IMG/VR virus record: IMGVR_UViG_3300042140_000143
Span: 1 to 62,495 of that record
Origin: a virus
Taxonomy: Duplodnaviria > Caudoviricetes
Strand: one strand, 5' to 3'
Length of the DNA: 62,495 nt
Below the pieces are notes generated by a model. The model saw nothing but the letters and a program-made list of their open reading frames with translations, ran no database searches and was not told the origin of the DNA. This document shows positions 1 through 7,321 of the stretch, one piece after another. A program made the translations under genes and the position numbers. How positions within the stretch are numbered: the stretch's first letter is position 1; each line of letters opens with the position of its first letter.

Positions 1-83
1 CAACGGATGCAGCGGACAGCGTATCAACGTCCTTTGGCATGGCTCGTCTCCTCATCGCTGCCGCTGATCCTGTGCGTTCTCAG
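1..83 (+). repeat. attC-like site A (truncated copy; full copy at 61946-62036)
   Basis: caacgg-ATGCAGCGG-AC...G-CCGCTGAT-cctgtgc-GTTCTCAG; identical to 61954-62036. Confidence 0.85.
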
Positions 84-188
84 TCAGAAAATCATGTCTT
101 ATACGATACGTTTTTGCCTTACCACCTTTGCGACAGCCCATCCTCCATCAACGCTTCACCCCGTGCCGTGAACCAATCGACCATGAGA

Positions 189-638
189 CTAAGCCACCTC
201 ATGTCCGTCTCCAGCAAAGCGGCGATAAATCGACAGAAGCCCTTCGCGGGCGCGGTCGGCGGCGCTGTTTGTTGAGTGTTCCAGAAGTCGTATCGCCGCA
301 CGCACGCAATCACGCTCTTCGTCGGTAAGCGCTGGCCTCGCGTAGAGCGGAGCGACATCCCAGTTCCATTCGTCGGCGGCAGCGCGAGCCTGCTCGTAGA
401 GCGAGTAGACCGCCGACGATTCGCTGCCATCGGCGGCGAAGGCTACCCATGCGACAGGCTGCGGCCTATCAGTTTCGCGTTTCGCGAAAGGTCGCAACCT
501 CTCAAGCAGGCTGGAGATATGCGGCCCGTCGTGCATTGCAACGTGGCCGACAACGGCAACGTATTCCAGTGCGTCAAACTCGGCTTCGGTGATGTTCATT
601 CCATATTCCAGAACGCGATCCCGGCGGGTTCTCGTCAC
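189..638 (-). CDS. Cassette protein with PVAW...PLY and LTDEER modules (Ead/Eaa-like phage accessory protein)
   Basis: 149-aa ORF with QPVAW, PLY and LTDEERD motifs shared with neighbouring cassette genes; start uncertain. Confidence 0.7.
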   Translation of the reverse strand: MTRTRRDRVLEYGMNITEAEFDALEYVAVVGHVAMHDGPHISSLLERLRPFAKRETDRPQPVAWVAFAADGSESSAVYSLYEQARAAADEWNWDVAPLYARPALTDEERDCVRAAIRLLEHSTNSAADRAREGLLSIYRRFAGDGHEVA

Positions 639-825
639 CGCTTTATCAGTGCGGTCGATGCCCGCCGGGATCGCTGTGTCATGTTTCGTAGCAAAAAAAC
701 TGCACCCACCGCCGCCCCGCGCTGCCTAAGAGCATGAAGCCCGTGAGCCGCGTGGCACGCAGCCGTTCAGCAGACCGCAGGGCGACGATGGGCCATCGCA
801 GCCCACGCATGGTGGATGCGTCAAG

Positions 826-928
826 ACCGGGTGGCGGGAATCGAACCCGCGCCTTCGCAATCTGGTTGGTACTGCCGGGCGTGGCCCGGTGATCCCGTTT
901 CGATGCGCTACCATTACGCTACACCCGG
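826..928 (-). ncRNA. tRNA-like RNA with an expanded 49-nt anticodon domain
   Basis: Acceptor stem CCGGGTG/CACCCGG, TA, D-arm GCGT-AATGGTA-GCGC, T-arm GCGGG-TTCGATT-CCCGC; no canonical 17-nt anticodon arm. Confidence 0.7.
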
Positions 929-937
929 ATACGTTTT

Positions 938-1028
938 GTGAGAACCAGCCGATGCAACGGACGGCCCTGCGTCGTCATGTGTCATGGTGAGTCCTCGCGT
1001 GGCCGCCGTTGATCTTCCGCGTTCTCAC
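938..1028 (+). repeat. attC-like site B
   Basis: GTGAGAAC-N6-ATGCAACGG-AC...G-CCGTTGAT-N7-GTTCTCAC. Confidence 0.88.
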
Positions 1029-1342
1029 TCAGATCTGGCGAGCAGTGCCGCCATAACATCCGACCGCATCCGGTCTACCTTTTTACCAGAAAGCCGCACT
1101 ATTTTTGCAGCGTAGGCAATCGCCTCCCGCTCCTCGTCGGTGAGCGTGGCGTCCATGGTCACTGTCACGTTGCCGTCGCATACCGACAGCGTGGCGTCCT
1201 GCTCTGCTATGCGGCGAATGGCTTTTTTGAGCCGCTCATTTTCGGCCCGCAGGTCGTACACCTCTTGCGGCGTCCAATCGGCATCGCAGCCGCACTCGGA
1301 TTCCGAATGGGCCGCACACTTGCATCCTTTGCCGTCAGCCAT
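1025..1342 (-). CDS. Cassette protein, Cys-rich N-terminus and LTDEER C-terminal module
   Basis: AAGGAG RBS upstream of ATG 1342; stop TGA lies in R' of attC-B. Confidence 0.8.
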   Translation of the reverse strand: MADGKGCKCAAHSESECGCDADWTPQEVYDLRAENERLKKAIRRIAEQDATLSVCDGNVTVTMDATLTDEEREAIAYAAKIVRLSGKKVDRMRSDVMAALLARSE

Positions 1343-1353
1343 GCTTGCTCCTT

Positions 1354-1405
1354 GTGAGAACCACGCGATGCAGCGGACGGAGCCGCTGATCGCTGGCGTT
1401 ATCAC
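1354..1405 (+). repeat. attC-like site C (minimal, 3-nt terminal loop)
   Basis: GTGAGAAC-cacgcg-ATGCAGCGG-AC-gga-G-CCGCTGAT-cgctggc-GTTATCAC. Confidence 0.88.
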
Positions 1406-1752
1406 TTCAATCGCTCCAGAACGCTCCGCAGCGTATCGGCAGCGACACGGGATCGTGTCACCGGCATCGACTCGCACTCATCAATGGCGACTGCAACGGC
1501 CGCCCGCTCCTCGTCGGTGAGCCTGCCCCACGACCGCAATCGCTCAATCTCGGCCGCCGCCTCATGGCAGTCGAAATAGTGATCCTCGTCATCGGTGCCG
1601 ATCATGTTGGCCCGCGTCTGCCGCAGGCGGGTCACAATATCGCCGGTGCCCTCGCCGGGTCGGCTTGCCGCTTTATCGGTGCGGTGCCTGTCGGCGTCTG
1701 TACGGGCTATCGCCGCCGGCACGGCGTCATGATTTGTGTCAGAAAAACTCAT
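1402..1752 (-). CDS. Cassette protein with EAAAEIERLR and LTDEER...LERL modules
   Basis: ORF ends in R' of attC-C; shared C-terminal motif. Confidence 0.75.
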   Translation of the reverse strand: MSFSDTNHDAVPAAIARTDADRHRTDKAASRPGEGTGDIVTRLRQTRANMIGTDDEDHYFDCHEAAAEIERLRSWGRLTDEERAAVAVAIDECESMPVTRSRVAADTLRSVLERLK

Positions 1753-1768
1753 GCGGTTTTCTTTCGCT

Positions 1769-1860
1769 CTGAGAACCACGCGATGCAGCGGACCCGCGAT
1801 GCCGCCGTCTGGCTGTGGTTTCGTCAGCGGTCGCGGGCCGCTGATCGCTGGCGTTCACTG
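1769..1860 (+). repeat. attC-like site D
   Basis: CTGAGAAC-cacgcg-ATGCAGCGG-AC...G-CCGCTGAT-cgctggc-GTTCACTG. Confidence 0.88.
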
Positions 1861-2202
1861 GCTACTCTGATTCAAGATTTCCGCTGCCGCCAGCCTCCAT
1901 CGCAATCTCGCGTTCTCTGCGTGGAGAGCATTCAACTCCATCTCCATGACCTTGTATGCCTCTTGTCGAGACACGCGATCGCAAGCCGTGCGAATCTCAT
2001 ACCACTCGTTCCACGCATACAGCGGGACGACCTTTCTAACTCTGTCGGCAAATCGCCCCCGCAATCCGTCAACCTCAACCTTGTCGCGGCACAGCGGCAT
2101 AATGCTGCCGATGCCGTCAACCTCAACGATGTATGCCGCAGGAGCGACGCCCGCCAGTGAACCACGCGATGCAGCGGACATCTCATCTACCTCTTTCGTC
2201 AT
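1855..2202 (-). CDS. Cassette protein (PAAY...VVPLY module)
   Basis: RBS (AGGAG) and ATG inside attC-E; stop in R' of attC-D. Confidence 0.8.
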   Translation of the reverse strand: MTKEVDEMSAASRGSLAGVAPAAYIVEVDGIGSIMPLCRDKVEVDGLRGRFADRVRKVVPLYAWNEWYEIRTACDRVSRQEAYKVMEMELNALHAENARLRWRLAAAEILNQSSQ

Positions 2203-2245
2203 GGTTGCTCCTGTGTTCGATGCCGCTGATCGCTGGCGTTCTCAG
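2155..2245 (+). repeat. attC-like site E
   Basis: CAGTGAAC-cacgcg-ATGCAGCGG-AC...G-CCGCTGAT-cgctggc-GTTCTCAG. Confidence 0.88.
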
Positions 2246-2553
2246 CCTAATCGTTCCAGCATCCTGCGCAGCGTATCAGCAGCCTTCCTGCTTCGATCCT
2301 TGTCGTCCGGCTTCAGATCGTCCCAGCCGACGCATAGCGTGTCTGCTGCCCACTGAATCGCGCCCAACTCCGCATCAGCAGGAGGCTCTTGCCGGTACAG
2401 CGGCACAACATCGACGGGGCCGCCGCCCGCCCATTCCTGCGCGTCATACGCTCGGATAGCGACGTAGACAATGCTGCCGCCGTGTTCGACCGCCCACGCC
2501 GCAGCGTGAGAACCAACGGATGCAGCGGACAGCGTATCAACGTCTTTCGGCAT
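2242..2553 (-). CDS. Cassette protein, paralog of 61658-61993
   Basis: MPKDVDTLSAASVGS N-terminus encoded by attC-F; ends LERLG. Confidence 0.8.
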   Translation of the reverse strand: MPKDVDTLSAASVGSHAAAWAVEHGGSIVYVAIRAYDAQEWAGGGPVDVVPLYRQEPPADAELGAIQWAADTLCVGWDDLKPDDKDRSRKAADTLRRMLERLG

Positions 2554-2596
2554 GGTTCGTCTCCTTATCGCTGCCGCTGATCCTGCGTGTTCTGTG
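2506..2596 (+). repeat. attC-like site F (near-identical to A)
   Basis: GTGAGAAC-caacgg-ATGCAGCGG-AC...G-CCGCTGAT-cctgcgt-GTTCTGTG. Confidence 0.88.
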
Positions 2597-2597
2597 G

Positions 2598-2852
2598 CTA
2601 CCAATCAATCTCTGGAGGGGCAGGAAGCGGCATCCAGTGGGTTGGCCAGTTGGGAACCGTCCACCCGTAAAGCGTGTCGATCCATTCGCCGTCTCGGCAG
2701 TAGCCGAAAACCACTCGCCCGCCAAGCCACGCCAGAACCACTTTGCCTGCGTCGGGCAGCCGCTTCGTCACCGGAATCCAACCATCCGGTGTCGCCGGAT
2801 AGTTCGCCACAGAACCACGCATTGGAGCAGACCCGTCAGCGTCCTGTGTCAT
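2598..2852 (-). CDS. Cassette protein, DUF551-like
   Basis: WIPVTKRLP...THWMPLPAPP signature; RBS and ATG within attC-G. Confidence 0.8.
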   Translation of the reverse strand: MTQDADGSAPMRGSVANYPATPDGWIPVTKRLPDAGKVVLAWLGGRVVFGYCRDGEWIDTLYGWTVPNWPTHWMPLPAPPEIDW

Positions 2853-2894
2853 ATCAACGTCTCCTCTCGGGCTGCTCAATGCAGCCGTTCTCAC
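2808..2894 (+). repeat. attC-like site G (divergent L boxes)
   Basis: CACAGAAC-cacgca-TTGGAGCAG-AC...G-CTGCTCAA-tgcagcc-GTTCTCAC; compensatory changes keep pairing and the extra G. Confidence 0.85.
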
Positions 2895-3074
2895 ATTCTG
2901 GAATCTCTAAATGCCCCCGCCCACCCGGTGCGCTACCCATTGTCTGGACGCATTCGTCTAGGGGCTCGCCTCCACCCGCGTAGGCCGGTGACTGCCGCTC
3001 TGCATTCCGCTTTATCAGTGCGGCGCTGGAGCCGGGTGGTGACGTTGTTTCACTCATAATACGGTTTGTCATGG

Positions 3075-3302
3075 TCACTTGTGCTGCGGCACCCTCGTTG
3101 GCTTGCCGGGATGGTCGATCCCGTACATGGGATTTCCCATCACCCGGACCTCGCTGGAATCGACATGGACGACGGCACCCGTGTCGAACTGGTGGACGAG
3201 CCAGACCGTGTTGATGCTGGGGCCGTAGTCGATGAGGAACAGGGCGTGCCCCTCGCCCAGAGGCGTCGTGACCCAGAGCGGCGGGTTGCACTGGTGGATC
3301 AT
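3075..3302 (-). CDS. Hypothetical phage protein
   Basis: 75-aa ORF translationally coupled to the upstream gene. Confidence 0.65.
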   Translation of the reverse strand: MIHQCNPPLWVTTPLGEGHALFLIDYGPSINTVWLVHQFDTGAVVHVDSSEVRVMGNPMYGIDHPGKPTRVPQHK

Positions 3303-3592
3303 GGCCTCTCCGCCAGGAACTCCGCCCGGCCCTGCACCATCACGGCGTTGACGAGCCCGGCCACCACGCCGCCGGCCACCAAGCAGGCAAGCAGCAGGGA
3401 GATGAGCCGGTTGGTGCGGCGCACCTGAGCCATCTTGGCCTCGTGGTGCAGCCGCCAGACCCGCCGTTCCTCCATGTGCTTGGCGAGGAGGGCGTCAACG
3501 GCGTCCCACTCAAAGGCACCGCGAGCCGGAGTGGGCATCCTTTCCCACTCCGGCAGCGCAGCCACGAGGCGGTCGAGGTCTTCGACGGTCAT
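3299..3592 (-). CDS. Hypothetical membrane protein
   Basis: ATGA overlap with ssb; C-terminal hydrophobic helix. Confidence 0.65.
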   Translation of the reverse strand: MTVEDLDRLVAALPEWERMPTPARGAFEWDAVDALLAKHMEERRVWRLHHEAKMAQVRRTNRLISLLLACLVAGGVVAGLVNAVMVQGRAEFLAERP

Positions 3593-3939
3593 GCGAACGG
3601 AATCTCGTCGTCACCCACGCTCACAGCCTCCCGCTTGGGCCACCGGAGGCTGACGCCCACCTCATTTGCCATCAGACGCAAGGAGAAGCCCTGTGTGCCG
3701 TCCTTCTTCTGGTACGTCTCCAGACCCATCCGGCCGGAAACGACCACTCTCTGGCCCTTCTGGAGCGTCTCCGAGCATGTCTCGGCCTGCTCGTCAAAAC
3801 AGACCACCTCCACCCACGTCGTCGGCCCCTCCTTCTTCTCCGTCGAGGCCACCGAGAAGGTCAGCATGGCCTTCCCGCTCTTGGTGATCCGAATCTCGTT
3901 CACCTTGCCCACATTGCCAGTCACGGTCGCTTCGATCAT
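3589..3939 (-). CDS. ssb: Single-stranded DNA-binding protein
   Basis: TGNVG...FSVA...KGQRVVVSGR OB-fold motifs; acidic DDEIPF tail; GAGG RBS. Confidence 0.92.
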   Translation of the reverse strand: MIEATVTGNVGKVNEIRITKSGKAMLTFSVASTEKKEGPTTWVEVVCFDEQAETCSETLQKGQRVVVSGRMGLETYQKKDGTQGFSLRLMANEVGVSLRWPKREAVSVGDDEIPFA

Positions 3940-3977
3940 CGGTTCCTCTCTCTCATTGGGATGCTGGACAGGCGGAC

Positions 3978-4005
3978 AGCATACGCCTGGACGGGCGTAT
4001 AGCAA
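3978..4005 (-). promoter_or_regulatory. Candidate sigma70 promoter overlapping a palindromic operator
   Basis: TTGCTA-N16-TATGCT on the - strand; ATACGCC-N6-GGCGTAT palindrome at 3981-4000. Confidence 0.5.
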
Positions 4006-4024
4006 CCCCCCTACAGGCGTGGGG

Positions 4025-4570
4025 TCAGTATTTTGCGCCTTTTGCGAGGTTGTCTTTTGCCCACAAGGGCTGAAGGTTTGCGTAGTGGAAACACGCGGCC
4101 TGCTCGGACGGGCGAGATAGGTCGAACGATGCGCACGGGCGAATGTGGTCGATGTGCCACATTCGGCGGTTCTCCCATGTCATTCCAGGGAGGAACTTCG
4201 ATTCGATGTGTGACCGAAGCGCGTCGTGAGAACACCCGACAAGCCGAAGAGCGGAAGCGGCCTTCCGCTCTCCGCACAAAACACGGCGCAGTCGCTTTCT
4301 CAGCCGCAGCATCATGTCAAAGCCAGGATCGTGCGCGCGCCGCAACTTGTCCGCTTCCCTCCGGTCCTTTCGGAGTTTGGCGGCATATTCTGGGTCGTCT
4401 GCCCGCCTGCGGCGGCGACGTTCATTCGCAGCCATCCTCTTCTCAGCCTCTCGCATGGCGTAGGCAGAGTCATGCCAAAGCCTGTACAGCCTGCGCTCCT
4501 TGTTTCGCCGGCGGCGGTCGCTTGCAGTCCGCCCCCGACGCTCGCCCCGCGTCATCCATTTTGGATTCAC
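4025..4570 (-). CDS. HNH-like endonuclease
   Basis: WHIDHIRPCASFDL...CFHYANLQPLWAKDNLAKG motif; basic N-terminus. Confidence 0.8.
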   Translation of the reverse strand: MNPKWMTRGERRGRTASDRRRRNKERRLYRLWHDSAYAMREAEKRMAANERRRRRRADDPEYAAKLRKDRREADKLRRAHDPGFDMMLRLRKRLRRVLCGERKAASALRLVGCSHDALRSHIESKFLPGMTWENRRMWHIDHIRPCASFDLSRPSEQAACFHYANLQPLWAKDNLAKGAKY

Positions 4571-4894
4571 AGCACGCCTCCGTGCGGGCAGGCTCCCGCG
4601 CCGACGATCCTCTGGATAGGCTCACCTATTGGTGGGGGTCAATGATTTTGGGAAACTTTTGGCGGGGGGAACGTAACTAGGTGCGTGCGGGCGTTGGGGG
4701 GCTCAGGGGTGGGCCATCTATATGCAGGCCCCGCCGCTGAAAGCAAGGCACCAATCCTTCACGCTGTCCGTCGATACCGTGAACCGACCCGCCGCGACCC
4801 GTTTTGATCGCGGTCCATCCGCTGCGGCGTCTGTTCTGTGTCGGAGCGACGACGACGGGTGATCGTCGTGCTACCGACGAGGAGCATGTGAACC

Positions 4895-5167
4895 ATGAAA
4901 ACGCTCGACGGGCGGCCCCTCGATGTCGAGATTCAGTACGGCAAGTTTGCGGTGTCGATCAACTCGGAGGCCGCCGAAGTCTGCCTTCACCTCCCGCAGT
5001 ACCCGTACCTGCACCGACTGTTCAAGAGCGACGATCTTGACCTGCTGTGTGCTGCGTTCACAGAGGCTTGCGGGCTGGTGGACGCGGGCTTTGACCTGCA
5101 ATCGGATGTGCTGCATTGGACGGGCCGTTCGTTCGCAGTCTGCCCGCTGTCTGCGGTTCGCCGCTGA
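4895..5167 (+). CDS. Hypothetical early protein
   Basis: GAGGAG RBS; flanked by the 15-bp repeat. Confidence 0.7.
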   Translation: MKTLDGRPLDVEIQYGKFAVSINSEAAEVCLHLPQYPYLHRLFKSDDLDLLCAAFTEACGLVDAGFDLQSDVLHWTGRSFAVCPLSAVRR

Positions 5168-5248
5168 TTTCCCCGTTGCGGGGTCCGTCTCTTGTCGGCG
5201 GCACGTTGCCGCCAGCCGTGTCCAGTACCCCACGAGGAGGATCGTTCC

Positions 5249-5431
5249 ATGTACGAGGTCGAAACGGCTGCGGTCACGATGGATTGCAACGACGTGTGGC
5301 AGTTCCGCACGGAGCGTGAGGCTCGGGCGTTCATCAACGAGCGTGCCGACGGCTCCCGCGTGTTCACGCTCCTCGACCCGGATGGCGAGGTCGTCGTGCG
5401 GTCTGCCTTCCCGGTGCTGATGGTGGCGTGA
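5249..5431 (+). CDS. Hypothetical early protein
   Basis: GAGGAGG RBS; ATG 5249. Confidence 0.7.
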   Translation: MYEVETAAVTMDCNDVWQFRTEREARAFINERADGSRVFTLLDPDGEVVVRSAFPVLMVA

Positions 5432-5536
5432 TTTGCCGCTGCGGAGTCTGGATGGTAGCGGCATCGGCTCGTGTCGGTGCCGCCTCCACCCGCACTTCGC
5501 GGGATGTGTTCGATGGTTCCACTGAGGAGACTTGCC

Positions 5537-5977
5537 ATGATTGCCCAGTTCTTGAAGTTCCTGTCCGCGACCGATGCGAAGGCCCACGCTGCCGCTGTCG
5601 CGGAATTGCAGACGATGGCCGTTCCCGCCCCCGTGAAGAAGCGGAAGGGCAATCCCGAAGCCCTCCGCAAGTGGCGGGAGTCGCAGAAGGCCGGGAAGCC
5701 CGCGACGGTCGTGTTCCCGAAGGCCGCGAAGAAGGCCGCCAAGCCCGCGAAGAAGGCCCGCAAGACGAAGGCGGTCAAGGCTGCGGCCGATGGTGCCACG
5801 CGATTCGGCGGGCTGGAGTGCCTGCCCTACGACGGCGGCGTGGTTCTCCGTCCCGCCGGGCGGCGTCGTGGCATCGGGTTCCGCGACTACGCGGAGTTCT
5901 GTGCGTTCGTGAACGCCTGCCGCACGGATGACGCCCACAAGGCCGGTGCCTTCATCAAGGCCCACCTCGCCCGCTGA
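5537..5977 (+). CDS. Basic Lys/Ala-rich protein (histone-H1-like tract)
   Basis: GAGGAG RBS; KAAKKAAKPAKKARK tract. Confidence 0.75.
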   Translation: MIAQFLKFLSATDAKAHAAAVAELQTMAVPAPVKKRKGNPEALRKWRESQKAGKPATVVFPKAAKKAAKPAKKARKTKAVKAAADGATRFGGLECLPYDGGVVLRPAGRRRGIGFRDYAEFCAFVNACRTDDAHKAGAFIKAHLAR

Positions 5978-6108
5978 TCGACCGCTGCGGCGTCTGGTTT
6001 GTGAGGGCCGACGACGGTTCGGGCAGGTTCGTAGCCTGCCCCCTCACTTCGCCCATCGCAACTTCGCGGTGGGCGTTTTTGTTTCCACGTTCCCATGAGG
6101 AGTCTGCC

Positions 6109-6342
6109 ATGAGCAATCCCGAAATCACCGCCGTTCGCAACAGTGAAAACCGCGTCGAGGCGGTCGTGTTTCCCGGCACGGGAGGTTTCTACTTCCTCGA
6201 CATGCGGAGTGCGGCCGAGCCCGTCGGTCCCTTCTCGTCCCGCGAGCGTGCGGCCGAGTCCGCCGACATCACGGTGGAGATCGACCGCGAGATCGACCGG
6301 CTGCTGACCCCGATGGTCGGCCGGGACCGCTGCCTGCGGTAA
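6109..6342 (+). CDS. Hypothetical early protein
   Basis: GAGGAG RBS; ATG 6109. Confidence 0.7.
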   Translation: MSNPEITAVRNSENRVEAVVFPGTGGFYFLDMRSAAEPVGPFSSRERAAESADITVEIDREIDRLLTPMVGRDRCLR

Positions 6343-6432
6343 ATCACCGCTGCGGCGTCTGAGTTTCACACTGCGAACGGGGCCAGTCGTCACGGTGGCG
6401 GCTGGCCCCGTCGCGTTTCACGAGGAGTGCCA

Positions 6433-6783
6433 ATGTACGAGCCGCTCGACAATACCGCCCCGCTCTGGCCCGACGAGTGCGACCACAACTCGCTCGACCC
6501 CACGTCATTCGTCGGCACGTTCAAGATGCTTCACGGGGAAGGCCGCCGCGAGTTGGTGGTGGACGTGTACGTGTTCGATGCGTTGGGTAACACGATGGCA
6601 CAGGGAATCTGCCTGCGGTACGGAACCGAACACCACTACTCCACCGTGCGGGTGAACCAGATGTTCGACCACCCAATCGGCATGGAGTACGACGGCGGGC
6701 TGTTTCGCTGCGCCCGCACGTTCCTGCTGTCGCGTGGCACGTTTCGCTGGCAACCGGAGACAGCGGCCAGCGAAGCCACCTAG
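6433..6783 (+). CDS. Hypothetical early protein
   Basis: GAGGAG RBS; ATG 6433. Confidence 0.7.
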   Translation: MYEPLDNTAPLWPDECDHNSLDPTSFVGTFKMLHGEGRRELVVDVYVFDALGNTMAQGICLRYGTEHHYSTVRVNQMFDHPIGMEYDGGLFRCARTFLLSRGTFRWQPETAASEAT

Positions 6784-6875
6784 TTCGCCCGGCGATTGCC
6801 CGCTGCGGAGTCTGTTCGGTAGTGGCCGGTCGCACTGTGTGGCTGGCCCGCTTTTCACCACGAGAGGAGTGCGTC

Positions 6876-7241
6876 ATGCACAAAGAGATCGCAGACCAAT
6901 GGGTCGCTGCACTGCGAAGCGACGAGTACGGGCAGACCTACGGGTATCTCCGCGAGGAGTACGAGCCCGGCAAGTTTGCCTACTGTGCGTTGGGCGTGCT
7001 ATGCGACCTGCACCGCAAGCACACGGGCGGCAAGTGGATAAATGTCGTCGGCGAGTACAGGTATCTCGGCCGCAAGGCCGAGTTGCCGGAAGCCGTCGCC
7101 GCGTGGGCGGGAACGTCCATAAATCCCGACGCCTTTTGCCGTGAGTTGGGAGGCTACGAGCCAATCTCGGAGATCAACGACGGCGGCATGTCGTTTCCGC
7201 ACCTCGCGGACTTGATCGAGGAGCAGTGGCAGACCGTGTGA
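6876..7241 (+). CDS. Phage protein of the WVAALRS...CALGVLC family
   Basis: GAGGAG RBS; paralog at 10044-10433. Confidence 0.75.
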   Translation: MHKEIADQWVAALRSDEYGQTYGYLREEYEPGKFAYCALGVLCDLHRKHTGGKWINVVGEYRYLGRKAELPEAVAAWAGTSINPDAFCRELGGYEPISEINDGGMSFPHLADLIEEQWQTV

Positions 7242-7321
7242 TTTGCCGCTGCGGAGTCTGTTTCTCGGCCGGCGGCACGTTGCCGTCGGCGGTCCCTTGT
7301 CCCTTGTTCTGAGGAGTTCCC

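Noticed and set aside
1-1125. Simple direct terminal repeat
   Set aside because: The end matches are two separate blocks enclosing different sequence, which fits an allelic bubble rather than one DTR
1-2894. CRISPR array interpretation of the repeated palindromes
   Set aside because: Repeats vary in length (52-92 bp) and are separated by whole genes, not 30-40 bp spacers; no cas genes
938-2894. Rho-independent terminators or REP elements as the explanation for the hairpins
   Set aside because: No U-tracts; fixed 6/7 spacers, conserved unpaired bases, AAC/GTT ends and cassette-wise end complementarity fit attC
2854-3291. 145-aa ORF spanning attC-G
   Set aside because: Overlaps the better-supported 3075-3302 gene and reads through the attC; 2895-3070 may be non-coding
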